63,977 nucleotides of DNA, taken from the NCBI GenBank assembly GCA_035571715.1, contig DATNCB010000898.1, forward strand, positions 1 through 63,977, in the 5' to 3' direction. Shown here one piece after another: positions 1-9,636 of the stretch. A program made the position numbers and the translations under genes. Below the pieces are notes generated by a model that was not told where the DNA came from, made no database searches, and saw only the letters and a program-made list of their open reading frames with translations. Numbering within the stretch: the stretch's first letter is position 1; each line of letters begins with the position of its first letter. The DNA comes from Ramlibacter sp. GTDB taxonomy: Bacteria > Pseudomonadota > Gammaproteobacteria > Burkholderiales > Burkholderiaceae_C.

Positions 1-141
1 ATCGGTTGCCATCGTGGAGCACGCGACGTTCGCCGGCATCGGCTGCACGTCGAGGCGCAGCGCGAGCGCGGCCCAGAAGGGCTGGGACAAAATTAAAGCA
101 GCGCGGGCCTTCGATATCCGCGCGCGAGCGGTTTCGGTCGG
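1..141. repeat. Terminal overlap, copy 1 (circular assembly)
   Basis: 1-141 is identical to 63837-63977 and lies inside an ORF that reads through the junction. Confidence 0.97.
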
Positions 142-147
142 GGTCAT
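1..147 (-). CDS. 5' part of the DUF2201-like metallopeptidase-VWA gene (wraps the origin to 62820)
   Basis: ATG at 147 gives MTPTETARARISKARAALILSQPFW in frame with ORF 62820..63926; ATGA overlap with the upstream stop. Confidence 0.85.
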   Translation of the reverse strand, partial: MTPTETARARISKARAALILSQPFWAALALRLDVQPMPANVACSTMATD

Positions 148-434
148 GGCGTCACCTTGGCTAAAGCAGCGCGGGCCGCACGCATCAGAGGTCGATCATC
201 GCCGTCACCGCCGTAATCGGTGCTTCTCTCAATCGCTGCCAGCGCATCAACCACCGGCTCCACCGCCGCCGCCTGCGCGAGCGCAATGTCCACGAACGCG
301 ATCGGGTTGTGCGGGTAGGCCGGGGTCCACTCGGGCCACGCCTGCCCGCCGAGCGCCGTGGGGGCGATCTGCTGCCGCGCCTCGTGCAGCAACTTCGCGA
401 TGGGCCACAGCTTGCGCATTTGGTCTAGGGTCAT
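144..434 (-). CDS. Hypothetical protein
   Basis: MTLDQMRKL start preceded by GGAGG; its stop overlaps the next start. Confidence 0.55.
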   Translation of the reverse strand: MTLDQMRKLWPIAKLLHEARQQIAPTALGGQAWPEWTPAYPHNPIAFVDIALAQAAAVEPVVDALAAIERSTDYGGDGDDRPLMRAARAALAKVTP

Positions 435-688
435 TCCGCTGCCTCCAAGAACTCGACGGGTTGCGACGGCGTGTGCAGCGCCCTGCGGTTCTCGAGGTCG
501 GCCCACGCGCCGGTTTTGAAGCCGTCCCGAAAGTCCCACACGAGACACCGGCCCTCGGGCATCATCACCGCCAGCGCGTAGCGGCGCTTCACCTTGCCCT
601 TGGTGCTTGGTCAACTCGGCGACGGCCTTTTCAGCCACCGCCTTCCGCCGCTCGGCCTTGGCCTGCGGGTCGCTCCGCTTGCGCCGGA

Positions 689-1000
689 TCATGGATTCGC
701 TCTCCACTTATCCATCGGCACGGTGCCACCGAGCGCGATAACCTCTCGCTCAAGCCGAGCGCACTTATAGATTTGCTGCTGGATGATGACAGCAGCCGGA
801 AACTCGCCGCGCTCGGTAAAATAGGATTCGTTGCGATTTTCCGATCCGTGCGTGTAAATGACAGTGACGATCGGGGCTACTTTCGCTGACTTGACCATCA
901 ACGCGAGCCGCCGCCGGGCGTCATCGAGTTGGGTCAATCTGATAGTCAGCCTGCCATGCAGTTCGGCGATCTTCGCCATTTCGGCGATGGATAGGGTCAT
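689..1000 (-). CDS. Hypothetical protein
   Basis: Packed ORF in the leftward operon. Confidence 0.6.
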   Translation of the reverse strand: MTLSIAEMAKIAELHGRLTIRLTQLDDARRRLALMVKSAKVAPIVTVIYTHGSENRNESYFTERGEFPAAVIIQQQIYKCARLEREVIALGGTVPMDKWRANP

Positions 1001-1005
1001 CGCCG

Positions 1006-1896
1006 TCACTCCGCAGCGAGCGCGGGAGCCGCGCCGGTATACGCGGCCATCAAATCGAGCACGGCAGCGCACTCGGCTGCTTGGATCGCCCGAAGTTCGT
1101 CATTCGCGCGCAGGTCGTCGGGATCAATGGGGCACAACTTTTCGGCCAGCCGCCGCCGCATCGATTCGAGCGCAGCGTCGTCGGTGACGTTCAAGCGTGC
1201 CATCAGGTCCACCAACTCGCGCATGTTCGTAACAAGGCTGTCCCGAAAGGGGTTCTTGACCTTGCCGTCGTCGTCCCGGTGGAATTTGGTCAACCGCTCG
1301 TGCATCGCGGACACCGTGTCGTGCACCCGCTGCCACAGCGAGCGCACCGCCGCCCCCACGGCATCGTTGACCGACGCCTCGATGTCGGCGCGGATGCGGG
1401 CTTCCTCGGCGTTCCCGAGGTCCACCCGGAAGTCGCCGGCGTCGGGCAGCGGCCACACATTGACCGCGCACCCGATGCGCCCGGCGAGGTCGTCGGCGGT
1501 CGGGTACTCATCCTCGCGGTAGAGGTCGCCCAGGCTCACCTTGGCCGAGCCCTTTGCCGCGGCGAAGCCCTCAAGGAACGCCTCTTTAGCGAGGTCGAAC
1601 ATGATCGCGAGCCGCTTGTGCTCGGCCATGTACGGGAAGTAGTTGGTGGCAGGCAGCAGCCCCACGCCGTCAAGCGTCCACGGCAGCGTGTTGGCCGCGT
1701 GGTGGGTACGCAGCGCGGTTGCAGCCGACTGCATGCCGGCGAGCGCCGTCTTGGGCAGGAGCAGCTTATTGAAGCGGCCCGCGTCGGTCGCCCCGTGCAG
1801 GTCGGCGATTTCCTCCGACGTGTCCCGATCAAATCGGCGAGCGGTCCACATGCGGATTTGCATGCGGCAGAGCATGGCTTTCGTGGTGAGGGTCAT
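1006..1896 (-). CDS. DUF3150-like protein
   Basis: N-terminal MLCRMQIRMWTARR and TLPW...LLP pattern; AGGAG RBS; family typically neighbours AAA/VWA genes. Confidence 0.7.
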   Translation of the reverse strand: MTLTTKAMLCRMQIRMWTARRFDRDTSEEIADLHGATDAGRFNKLLLPKTALAGMQSAATALRTHHAANTLPWTLDGVGLLPATNYFPYMAEHKRLAIMFDLAKEAFLEGFAAAKGSAKVSLGDLYREDEYPTADDLAGRIGCAVNVWPLPDAGDFRVDLGNAEEARIRADIEASVNDAVGAAVRSLWQRVHDTVSAMHERLTKFHRDDDGKVKNPFRDSLVTNMRELVDLMARLNVTDDAALESMRRRLAEKLCPIDPDDLRANDELRAIQAAECAAVLDLMAAYTGAAPALAAE

Positions 1897-1922
1897 TGTG
1901 ATTTCTCCTGTCGGTAGGTGGA

Positions 1923-2282
1923 TTATGCCAAATCTGAATCGTCGCCGGGGTCGTACCCGTTAGCGACCGCCATCGCCCGAAATCCGTCATAGAGCGGGCC
2001 ACGAACCTGTAGGGCGCGCAACTTGACGCGGCCCTCTGCTGCGGCAATCCGCACGGCAATGTTGTTGGTGCCGTTGCGAAGCAGATAGCCAACACACGCT
2101 TGCTCTTTGCCCTCCGGGGTCTTGTGGCAAGCGAACATCGGCGCTGGCGGATAGCCTTGCCGGCAACTGTTGGCGAGGGCCGCATACCGCTCCGGCGGGA
2201 AATTCCCGGTCGGGACATCACGGCGCCAAGGGCATTCGTCGCATTGGATCACCAACGCGAAGCCAGGTTTCACGGCGCTCAC
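1923..2282 (-). CDS. DUF6283-like Cys-rich protein
   Basis: CDECPWRRD...FACHKT...CVGYL motifs. Confidence 0.7.
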   Translation of the reverse strand: MSAVKPGFALVIQCDECPWRRDVPTGNFPPERYAALANSCRQGYPPAPMFACHKTPEGKEQACVGYLLRNGTNNIAVRIAAAEGRVKLRALQVRGPLYDGFRAMAVANGYDPGDDSDLA

Positions 2283-3298
2283 AGCACAACATCCGTATTC
2301 GCCGCCGCCCACTCGATAAACGCGCGGGTCGCGTTCAACCGGATATCGCGGTGCGTCGCCAACTTGACGATCAACACGCCGTATTCGGCCGGCATCCGGT
2401 TCGCGTAGGTCAGCACCCGCCCGAAGTTCGACTCCGTTGCCTTGTGCGCAAGCGCCGCAGCGATGGCGCAGGCGGCAGCCGGTTCGGTCGGGACAGGTGC
2501 AGTGGCCGGATTGAGTAGGATCGCGTCGGGCGAAATCATCTCCCGAAACACCCGCATGAACGCGACCAGTTCGGTTGCCACGCCCTCGCCGATCGTCCCG
2601 CAGAGCAGTTCGTGCTCAAGTCCCGGCGGGGCAGAATCGATGATGTGCGAGGCGAAAACCGCCGTGCGCGGGCAACAATAGGGCTCGGCCTTCTTGGGGT
2701 CGAACGTGTGGAAAAGCTCGGGGCGGAACTGGAAAAACGCGATCATCTCGGTTCGGATCGCATTGACCAGCGCCCATTTCGTCCAGTCGGCGAGGTCCAC
2801 TTCGACGACAACCCGCGTCCAGCGGCCGATGAGCGGCATCGGAATACGCTGCGTCGCGGCGCGATCCTCGTCCCGATTGCCGGTCGCCATCACGTACCAG
2901 CCGGTCGGAAGGCGGTACGAGCCGAGCTTGCCGTGCAGAAACAGGTCATAAAGCCCGGCCTGTACCATCGGGGCGGCGGTGTTGATTTCGTCGATGCACA
3001 GCACACCCTCACCGCGCGAGGGGAGCTTGTCGCGAAAAGGCAGGAACACCGCCTCGTTGGTCGGCACCGATTGCATGCCGTCAACGTACACGTCGCGCGC
3101 CGGCAGCCCCGAGAGCGTAATCGGGTCTTCAATCGTGGCTTGCAGCGACATGAACCCTATGCCGAGGTCGGCGGCGGCGGTCTCGGCGGCCTGGCTCTTG
3201 CCGACGCCTGGCACGCCTTGCGCGAAGATCGGGCGCCGCCGCTCGGGCGGTTGCCGGTACTGCGATTTGATCGTCTCGATCAGGGCGCTGATTTTCAT
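2279..3298 (-). CDS. MoxR-like AAA+ ATPase
   Basis: Walker A GVPGVGKS, Walker B LCIDEIN, ATGNR sensor, C-terminal PRT; GGAGG RBS. Confidence 0.9.
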   Translation of the reverse strand: MKISALIETIKSQYRQPPERRRPIFAQGVPGVGKSQAAETAAADLGIGFMSLQATIEDPITLSGLPARDVYVDGMQSVPTNEAVFLPFRDKLPSRGEGVLCIDEINTAAPMVQAGLYDLFLHGKLGSYRLPTGWYVMATGNRDEDRAATQRIPMPLIGRWTRVVVEVDLADWTKWALVNAIRTEMIAFFQFRPELFHTFDPKKAEPYCCPRTAVFASHIIDSAPPGLEHELLCGTIGEGVATELVAFMRVFREMISPDAILLNPATAPVPTEPAAACAIAAALAHKATESNFGRVLTYANRMPAEYGVLIVKLATHRDIRLNATRAFIEWAAANTDVVL

Positions 3299-3438
3299 GG
3301 GATGGTCCTCCCATCGCGCCCGAGGTCGGGGCCGTCGATGGTGGCATGCCTTGGGTGAAATATCGCCGCTGGCATCCGACTTTCGAGGCTGCGAGCGATC
3401 GCGTCGATGTGGTCGTGAGAGACGATAAAGGCTGACAT
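3295..3438 (-). CDS. Small hypothetical protein, first gene of operon
   Basis: AGGAG RBS, directly downstream of the promoter. Confidence 0.55.
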   Translation of the reverse strand: MSAFIVSHDHIDAIARSLESRMPAAIFHPRHATIDGPDLGRDGRTIP

Positions 3439-3475
3439 GGTGTGCTCCTGTCGGTGTCGGTAGGTAACGAAAACA

Positions 3476-3511
3476 ATCGTAATCCCTGCGTTTCGTGCTG
3501 TCAACGGCACG
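3476..3511 (-). promoter_or_regulatory. Sigma70-type leftward promoter overlapped by a CGTGC-N8-GCACG palindrome
   Basis: TTGACA (3504-3499), 17 bp, TACGAT (3481-3476); palindrome at 3494-3511. Confidence 0.75.
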
Positions 3512-3588
3512 CTTGCATTTATTTTCGTCGTGCCCTATGTGTGCGGGGTTCCTAGTCGGTAGGACATTCCGCCCCGGTTTCGCCGCGT

Positions 3589-3921
3589 TCACGCGCTGGC
3601 GTCCGGGGCGGTCTTATGTGGGGTGATCGCCCCGAGGCCGCGGTCAACGCGCCCGGTGGCGACGACGTGGATCGCCATATCGTCCGGCAACATCAGCCCA
3701 TACGCCCCATCGCCTGCGCGCCACGCCCAAAGCGGGGCGACAGGTCTCGTCAAGCCATCAAAAGCCGCATATCCGACAAAGGGCAGCGGGTCAGACGTGC
3801 GCGGGTAAAATTCGTTCATCCTGTACACGTACCAGCCTTGGTGCATCGCCGCGACGGTGAACAGCGCCGCCAGCGCCTCGCGCTCGGTCAGGACGATCAG
3901 CGGCGGCGCGGGCTCGGTCAT
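3589..3921 (-). CDS. Hypothetical protein
   Basis: Start overlaps the upstream stop. Confidence 0.6.
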   Translation of the reverse strand: MTEPAPPLIVLTEREALAALFTVAAMHQGWYVYRMNEFYPRTSDPLPFVGYAAFDGLTRPVAPLWAWRAGDGAYGLMLPDDMAIHVVATGRVDRGLGAITPHKTAPDASA

Positions 3922-4352
3922 TGCCGCGCCAGCCACGCCACGGCCGCTGCGCACTCGTCCGGGAACAGGTCGCCGAACTCGTCCACCAGGCCCTTGATGA
4001 TCGCCGCAGCGTCGTCCAGCGGCGTGCGCGTGCGCTGGCGCGAGGGCAGGGTAAGCCGGGTCTGAACCGCAGGCACGTCATCCGGCGTCAACGCCAGCGG
4101 CGGCGGCGACGTGTAGGCGCCCGCTGTCCCGAATGCGCTGGTGTCGGCCGCGCCGGTCATGCGCGCGTGCTGCCAGTCCCGATAGCGCGCCTCGGCCAGC
4201 GCCGCGCCGGCAACGTCGGGGTCGCGCTCGACCTGTCCCGTCAGGATGCCGGCGACGTGATCGCCATCGCCGAACAGCGGGAAGGCTTGCGTGCTCCCGA
4301 GCGCGCGCGTGTGCGCCGCTCGGGCATTGGCGAGCCAGCGTGCGGCGCTCAT
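3918..4352 (-). CDS. Hypothetical protein
   Basis: ATGA overlaps at both ends. Confidence 0.6.
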   Translation of the reverse strand: MSAARWLANARAAHTRALGSTQAFPLFGDGDHVAGILTGQVERDPDVAGAALAEARYRDWQHARMTGAADTSAFGTAGAYTSPPPLALTPDDVPAVQTRLTLPSRQRTRTPLDDAAAIIKGLVDEFGDLFPDECAAAVAWLARQ

Positions 4353-5158
4353 GCTGCGACTCCCATCTCGGCACCGTCCCGAAAGCGGGCGATCTGTCCG
4401 TTTACCCATGCCACCGGATCGGCCAACAATTCGTCGCCATGATCGGCCGAGCCGATGATGATGTCGCGCGCCGGATCGCCGCCGAGCCGCCGCAACAGCC
4501 CTGCGAAGTAAGCTGGCTTGTTGACGCGCCAATCGGCGGGCCAGCCGCCGGTGAACCCGCGATCGGCCATTTGCAGCCCGAAACAGACATGGCGCACGAA
4601 ACCGGCCGATGTCAGCACGTAGGCCGCGCTCGCCAAATCGAGCGGCCGGGTATTGATCGGCGCCACCATGACGCTTTCGGTTTCGCCGGCCGTGTTGCTG
4701 TCGCCGATATGAACGATGTTCAATTCGATCGGCCGATGCCGCGCCAGCGCCATTGCCAGCGCCAGTATCGCGACACCGCGCCGCAACAGCGTTGCCGCAT
4801 CAATGCTCGCCGAGCATGCCAGCACGACATAGATCGCCACCGGCGCCGCTTCATTCTCCACGGGCGCCCGGCGCCGCATGCAGTCAGGGACGCCTTGCAG
4901 GTATTCCGGGACGCAAGGGTAGGCGCCGACGCGATCGGCGATCAATTCCCGGTGCTGCACGTCAATTGCAGCGTCAATCTGCGACAGCAGCCGCTCGGCG
5001 TCGGGGACCAATCGCGTATCGCCACGCAGCGCCAGCGATACGCTTTCCAAGCCAGTTTCGCCGCTGAACCAATCGCTGCGGCCGCTCGGCGAGCGCAGCA
5101 CTGCCCGAGATTTTGCATCGCGCGCCACGGCCGCGATGCAGTCATAGCGCCGGATCAT
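4349..5158 (-). CDS. Degenerate VWA-like partner of the AAA ATPase (DUF7192-like)
   Basis: GAYPCVPEYLQGVPDCM and RRGVAILALA motifs; coupled to the AAA gene. Confidence 0.6.
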   Translation of the reverse strand: MIRRYDCIAAVARDAKSRAVLRSPSGRSDWFSGETGLESVSLALRGDTRLVPDAERLLSQIDAAIDVQHRELIADRVGAYPCVPEYLQGVPDCMRRRAPVENEAAPVAIYVVLACSASIDAATLLRRGVAILALAMALARHRPIELNIVHIGDSNTAGETESVMVAPINTRPLDLASAAYVLTSAGFVRHVCFGLQMADRGFTGGWPADWRVNKPAYFAGLLRRLGGDPARDIIIGSADHGDELLADPVAWVNGQIARFRDGAEMGVAA

Positions 5159-6375
5159 GCTACCGCTCCCCATTGCTCGGCGCTCATACCTTTGCGGATC
5201 GTCATCGCGATAACCGTGTCGCGGTCGAGCCCTGCCGCCAACAGCGAGGCGCCGATAAACGACGCGCGGGGCGACACCATGACGCCTTGCACGCCATTGG
5301 CGACGACGCGCTCCCGGACCCGCTGCACGTAGCTGCACCATTCCGCATTCGGGCAGGCAGCGGTTTCTAGCGCTTCGTCGATTTCCCATAGCAGGAACGC
5401 GAAGCGATCAACGAATGCCGCATCCTGCTTCATGGCGCCGACATACTGCGTCGTGCCGCCCAAGCCCCAAGTGTTGCCGGCCGCGATGATGACGCAATCG
5501 GGATGCCGCGCGATCGTCCCGTCCGGGAAGTCGCAAACACCATTCGCGAGCGCCGCATTGAACGCCAACAGGGCGCCCGGCAACGAGCGATCCACCTCGT
5601 CAAACAGGTACACGCCACCATTCTGATAGGCTTCCCGGAACGGCCGCGACACGATGCGGCCGTTGGCGTCCGTGAAGCCGAGCAGCTTGTACTCGTTGTC
5701 GATGGCGCCGTTGAAGTGAAACGCGAGGCCGAGCGCTTTCGCGACATTCTCGGCCGCTGTCGTCTTCCCACTCCCGGCCGGACCCGCAAGCCAGATATTG
5801 AGCCGATTGCCGCTATGATCGCGCGCCGCGCATGCCCGCAACAGTTGTTCGAACTGCCGATGCTGCGTCCCGATCGCGCGGCGCTCGCCAACAGTATCGA
5901 CGACGACGATTTCATGTTGCCGCGGCCGTGGCGCATGCTCGGCGATCAATTCGATCACACGAGCCTCGTTGATCGCCCCAGCGGCCAGCGAGGTTATCAG
6001 CGCGGCAAGCTGGGCGCCTGCGTCGTTGGGCGCGACTGCCGGCAACGCTGTTGCGTAGGCTGGTGTGGTGATCGCGGGCGCCGGATCGTCGAGCAGCGGC
6101 GCATCAACTGGCGCCGGCATGTCGTCAATCCGCGTGTCGATATCCGGCGCCGCGCCATGCGATTCGACATAGGCCAGCACTGCCGAGAGATACCGCGGCT
6201 TGTTGTAGCATTTCCAAAGCGTCGTGACCTTCATGGCCTTCGCGCGCACGCTCGGGACGCCATTGGCAACGAGCCAGTTTTGCACCAGCGCGCGATTGCC
6301 GCTGTTCACCGCAGCGGCGCCGCGCGCGCCAATCTGCGCCTCAAGCGCAGCCGCATCGTAGGAGGAAACTCGCAT
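5155..6375 (-). CDS. CbbQ/CobS-like AAA+ ATPase
   Basis: GPAGSGKT, YLFDEVD, AAGNTWG, DAAFVDRF, SPRA. Confidence 0.9.
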   Translation of the reverse strand: MRVSSYDAAALEAQIGARGAAAVNSGNRALVQNWLVANGVPSVRAKAMKVTTLWKCYNKPRYLSAVLAYVESHGAAPDIDTRIDDMPAPVDAPLLDDPAPAITTPAYATALPAVAPNDAGAQLAALITSLAAGAINEARVIELIAEHAPRPRQHEIVVVDTVGERRAIGTQHRQFEQLLRACAARDHSGNRLNIWLAGPAGSGKTTAAENVAKALGLAFHFNGAIDNEYKLLGFTDANGRIVSRPFREAYQNGGVYLFDEVDRSLPGALLAFNAALANGVCDFPDGTIARHPDCVIIAAGNTWGLGGTTQYVGAMKQDAAFVDRFAFLLWEIDEALETAACPNAEWCSYVQRVRERVVANGVQGVMVSPRASFIGASLLAAGLDRDTVIAMTIRKGMSAEQWGAVA

Positions 6376-6378
6376 GGT

Positions 6379-6585
6379 TTAGCCCTCCCGCTTCGGGATG
6401 CTACCGCCAAGTGCGTCATGCTCGGAGATAAGCTCAAATCGTTTACCGTAGCGGACAACGCGGGTTGTCCGATCAAGCTCGCGGGAAATGTCGATTGCCA
6501 GCCATTGCGCATCCTCGCGCGATCTCCGCTGACCAAGTTGTAGCCAGCCCGAGCCGTAAGTCCGCCGTGTCTCGATTGTGTACAT
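6379..6585 (-). CDS. Hypothetical protein, first gene of operon
   Basis: GGAG RBS downstream of the promoter. Confidence 0.6.
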   Translation of the reverse strand: MYTIETRRTYGSGWLQLGQRRSREDAQWLAIDISRELDRTTRVVRYGKRFELISEHDALGGSIPKREG

Positions 6586-6625
6586 CGCTCGCTCCGTGTC
6601 GGTAGGTTGCGTATCGGTAGGAACG

Positions 6626-6662
6626 CTAATCTCGTTGATATGCGCGTGCCGTCAAGCGTACG
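6626..6662 (-). promoter_or_regulatory. Leftward promoter with operator-like palindrome
   Basis: TTGACG at 6655-6650 inside CGTGC-N8-GTACG (6645-6662); -10 element weak. Confidence 0.55.
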
Positions 6663-6711
6663 TTTACCGCCGCTCGCATTTTGTCCCGTTATCCGCTAAA
6701 ACCGTGTCCCT

Positions 6712-7191
6712 ATGGCAACAGACCTCGACGCGCTCGCCGCAAAGGTAGCGGAATTGCTGGCGTCAAAGCCAAAAAAACACGATCCCCGTCCTATCCTCAA
6801 TTGCCGCGTCAACGCCGACGAGATGGCGATGATCGACGCTGCGGCCGCCGCAAAAGGCTACTGCCGCTCCGATTTTGTCCGCTGGGCACTCAATCAGGTC
6901 TTACCAACGGTAATCCCGATCGAGCGGCAAATTCCCGAGCAACTGCGCCGGTTCATGGTCCGGCGAAAGCCCGACCATTTCGACGACGGGAAAACCGACG
7001 TTCGCGCTCGCACCGCGTCGGAGATGCGAGACCTGGCCGCGAGAGCCCATGCCGCCCAACTCGATTACCGGACAGCGCTCATTGCTCAGGATTACGCCAC
7101 GGCTGGCGTCGTGCGCCCGGCTGCGCAGTCTGTACCAGGGATGATCGGCGAAACGCCCTCGCGCTCGTTGTTGGACAAGCGGTCCCGATAG
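6712..7191 (+). CDS. Ribbon-helix-helix DNA-binding protein
   Basis: ILNCRVNADEMAMIDAAAAAKGYCRSDFVRWAL is an RHH pattern; divergent from the early operon. Confidence 0.7.
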   Translation: MATDLDALAAKVAELLASKPKKHDPRPILNCRVNADEMAMIDAAAAAKGYCRSDFVRWALNQVLPTVIPIERQIPEQLRRFMVRRKPDHFDDGKTDVRARTASEMRDLAARAHAAQLDYRTALIAQDYATAGVVRPAAQSVPGMIGETPSRSLLDKRSR

Positions 7192-7616
7192 CGTCCCGAA
7201 ACTGTCCCGAAAGCCTCGCGCGCGGCATCCATCGAAGCGCATGGAAGCGCGTGCTTCCCGGCGTTGCAGCGCAGCATGCTTCGACAGGCTCGACACAAGA
7301 TATTGATGCTGCGTCGCGGTATGAGCTTGCGATGTCGTCCCGATAGGACATAACCATCTGATATTGCGTGCTTTGGGAAGAAGCGTGAACGTCGCGCAAC
7401 GTGTATTATGGAAAATAGAACAGCGGAACAGGCTGTTGCAGCGCACCATACGGGACGGTGTCCCCTGGTGGGACGGAGCGCCCCAGGCGGTCCCGCTGCG
7501 GGATCGAAGGTTTTGATTCGGCATCGGGACGGTGGATCGGGGGCGTTGGAGCGCCCCGCTTCGAAACTTTTTTTTAGTTTCTGGCGTTTTTCCGGTCTAC
7601 CCCCGCTCTTTTTTTC
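7182..7616. repeat. Non-coding region with a GTCCCGA motif cluster and T-tracts
   Basis: GTCCCGA at 7182, 7193, 7204 (11-bp period) and 7337; inverted or partial copies 7451-7530; T runs 7568-7615. Confidence 0.6.
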
Positions 7617-7994
7617 GCGTCTGGTGATGGTGAAGGTTTTGCTGCGGCGGCTCAGCGCGCGCTTGTCGATGACCGATTGCGTTGCTGGCTGATTGAGAGC
7701 CTGTCGTTGATGTCATCGTCTCTCGGATGCGGCGCCGCGTGAGCGGCGACGGAAGCGGTAGGGCGTTCATCCGTCCTTGCCTTCGGAAGCATGCCCTTCG
7801 GGCACACCATCGCCCCCTGCATCCCATCGCCCATCCACCGGCCGCAGGTGGTGAGGCTGCGGCGCACCCTCCCGTATCGTGGGAAGACGTGTCCAGATTG
7901 CGGACATAATTCGGACTATGAGGGGGACTTACATCGTCGCGATCAAGCCTGGCGTGCGGCCCCGCGTCTCACGACGGGGAGCCTTCTCGGGGCC

Positions 7995-8270
7995 CTATCG
8001 CTGGCGGTTGTTTCTCTTGCCGGCCGCTTTGTGGCGGCGGCGCCGGTTCATGCCCTCATCGTGGACAATCTTTTCGGCGCCTACGGAGGCTGATTTGAAG
8101 ATGACGGTGCGGCGTTTGCCGCGCTTGAACTCGATATCGCGCCCGCGACTGAGGGCGGCACGGATAGCGAGGATAGGGGGTGCGGAGGCGCTGCGCTTGG
8201 GTAAGCGCTTAGGCTTGTTGGCCGCAAGCCACTCGGCCATCGCGGCTTCCTCCTGCGCCCGGTCGCTCAT
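7995..8270 (-). CDS. Small basic hypothetical protein
   Basis: MSDRAQEE start overlaps the upstream stop. Confidence 0.5.
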   Translation of the reverse strand: MSDRAQEEAAMAEWLAANKPKRLPKRSASAPPILAIRAALSRGRDIEFKRGKRRTVIFKSASVGAEKIVHDEGMNRRRRHKAAGKRNNRQR

Positions 8271-8467
8271 TGCGGCGTCCACCATTTCGCGGTCAGCCCC
8301 ACGCCCTTCAGTTCGTAAGCGAGGTCGCGGGCTTCGGTGCTGTCGGGGTCGATGCGGATATGCCATGCGCCGGCTTGCCGCCCGTGAGGCAGGAAGCCGT
8401 TTTCGAGGAAGGCGTGGTTCAGTTCGGGTGGTGCGTCGAAAACGACCATCATAGGCAGGTCGCTCAT
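8267..8467 (-). CDS. Hypothetical protein
   Basis: ATGA-coupled. Confidence 0.55.
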   Translation of the reverse strand: MSDLPMMVVFDAPPELNHAFLENGFLPHGRQAGAWHIRIDPDSTEARDLAYELKGVGLTAKWWTPQ

Positions 8468-8724
8468 TCCTCGCCACCCTCGACCGTGATCCGCAGCCGC
8501 ACGACCTCGGGCACCCGGATATCGGTGCGGCCGGCGTAATAGCGGTGGACGAACGAGCGCGCGGCCTCGCGGGTCTTGAACGCGAGAACCTGATACCCGC
8601 CGAGTTGGTCAGGGCCGGCGAAGGCGGTTTTGTGCAGGGTGCCGAGCACCGGGGGACGCTCGGTGCCATCGGCCGGGAAGACGAGGCCCCACGCATGGGT
8701 CACGATCGATGCGGGCCGCGTCAT
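8464..8724 (-). CDS. Hypothetical protein
   Basis: ATGA-coupled. Confidence 0.55.
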   Translation of the reverse strand: MTRPASIVTHAWGLVFPADGTERPPVLGTLHKTAFAGPDQLGGYQVLAFKTREAARSFVHRYYAGRTDIRVPEVVRLRITVEGGEE

Positions 8725-8939
8725 GCGGTAATTCCTCGGGCCAGGACGGTCAGCGCCCGCGCATCGGCGTTGGCGGCAACGAGCGTGGGGCGCGTCTTTG
8801 GCGAATCGACCGATACCTTGCGGCATGCGCAGGTCAGCACGGCACGATAGCGGCCGGTCGGTGCCTCGTAGACGACGTGCGCCTCGGGGATGTGCGAGCA
8901 CGCGGCGCTGCCCTTGCCATCAACGCGGGGGCCGCTCAT
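8721..8939 (-). CDS. Hypothetical protein
   Basis: MSGPRVDG start, ATGA-coupled. Confidence 0.5.
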   Translation of the reverse strand: MSGPRVDGKGSAACSHIPEAHVVYEAPTGRYRAVLTCACRKVSVDSPKTRPTLVAANADARALTVLARGITA

Positions 8940-9109
8940 CGGACGGTTCCCTCGTGCGAGAGAACGATGTTGGCCGCGGCCTCGTAAGCGGGGATTGCGA
9001 TGCGCGCCAGCCGCACATGGTACGTGCAAGGGGTGCGGTTGCCGCACATTGCGCGCGCCACCGCGAGGACGGTTGGATCGTCCGCTTGCAATTCCGTATT
9101 GGGTGACAT
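8936..9109 (-). CDS. Hypothetical protein
   Basis: First ORF after the leftward promoter. Confidence 0.5.
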   Translation of the reverse strand: MSPNTELQADDPTVLAVARAMCGNRTPCTYHVRLARIAIPAYEAAANIVLSHEGTVR

Positions 9110-9171
9110 AGTTTTCACGCAATGCCTCCATGTAAGGCAGGCTCCGGTGCTCGTCACACCGTCGAGAAGTG

Positions 9172-9290
9172 ATCCTAGCGAATGCCGCGCCGGCGTCAAC
9201 AAGGATTGCGCGATCACCCCCGTAGCCCCAAGCGCGGGGGTGTTTCGTTTCCGGCTTGCGGCAAGGCGGCTTCGTGCCATAGGATGCACG
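9172..9290. promoter_or_regulatory. Divergent promoters with operator-like palindrome
   Basis: Minus: TTGACG-16-TAGGAT (9199-9172); plus: TTGCGG-18-TAGGAT (9256-9285) overlapped by CGTGC-N8-GCACG at 9273-9290. Confidence 0.6.
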
Positions 9291-9312
9291 TCCTGCCGAT
9301 GGAGGATGCCTG

Positions 9313-9636
9313 ATGGCCGAGAACAATAACCAGCCCGCGCGCGGCTCTGCGCCGACGATCGACCCCGCCACCGTGGCGTTGGGCCTGTTGAACGCCGGCC
9401 TCACCGCGCACGTCGCGCTGATGCTGACGATCCCGGTGCCGGCGACCGACGTGATGAACGTGTTGTGCGAGCACATCGGGAAGCTGCTGGCGCTGGTCGA
9501 GCCCGAGCAGTTGCGCAACAGCATCCTTGGGGAGATTCGGCACAACCTGCCGGGCGTGCTGAACCGGCACGTCGAGGCGCGGATGCGGACGCCGGGCGGG
9601 GTGCTGATCCCCGAGGGTGTGGGGCGGGTGCAGTGA
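9313..9636 (+). CDS. Hypothetical protein
   Basis: GGAGG RBS. Confidence 0.7.
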   Translation: MAENNNQPARGSAPTIDPATVALGLLNAGLTAHVALMLTIPVPATDVMNVLCEHIGKLLALVEPEQLRNSILGEIRHNLPGVLNRHVEARMRTPGGVLIPEGVGRVQ

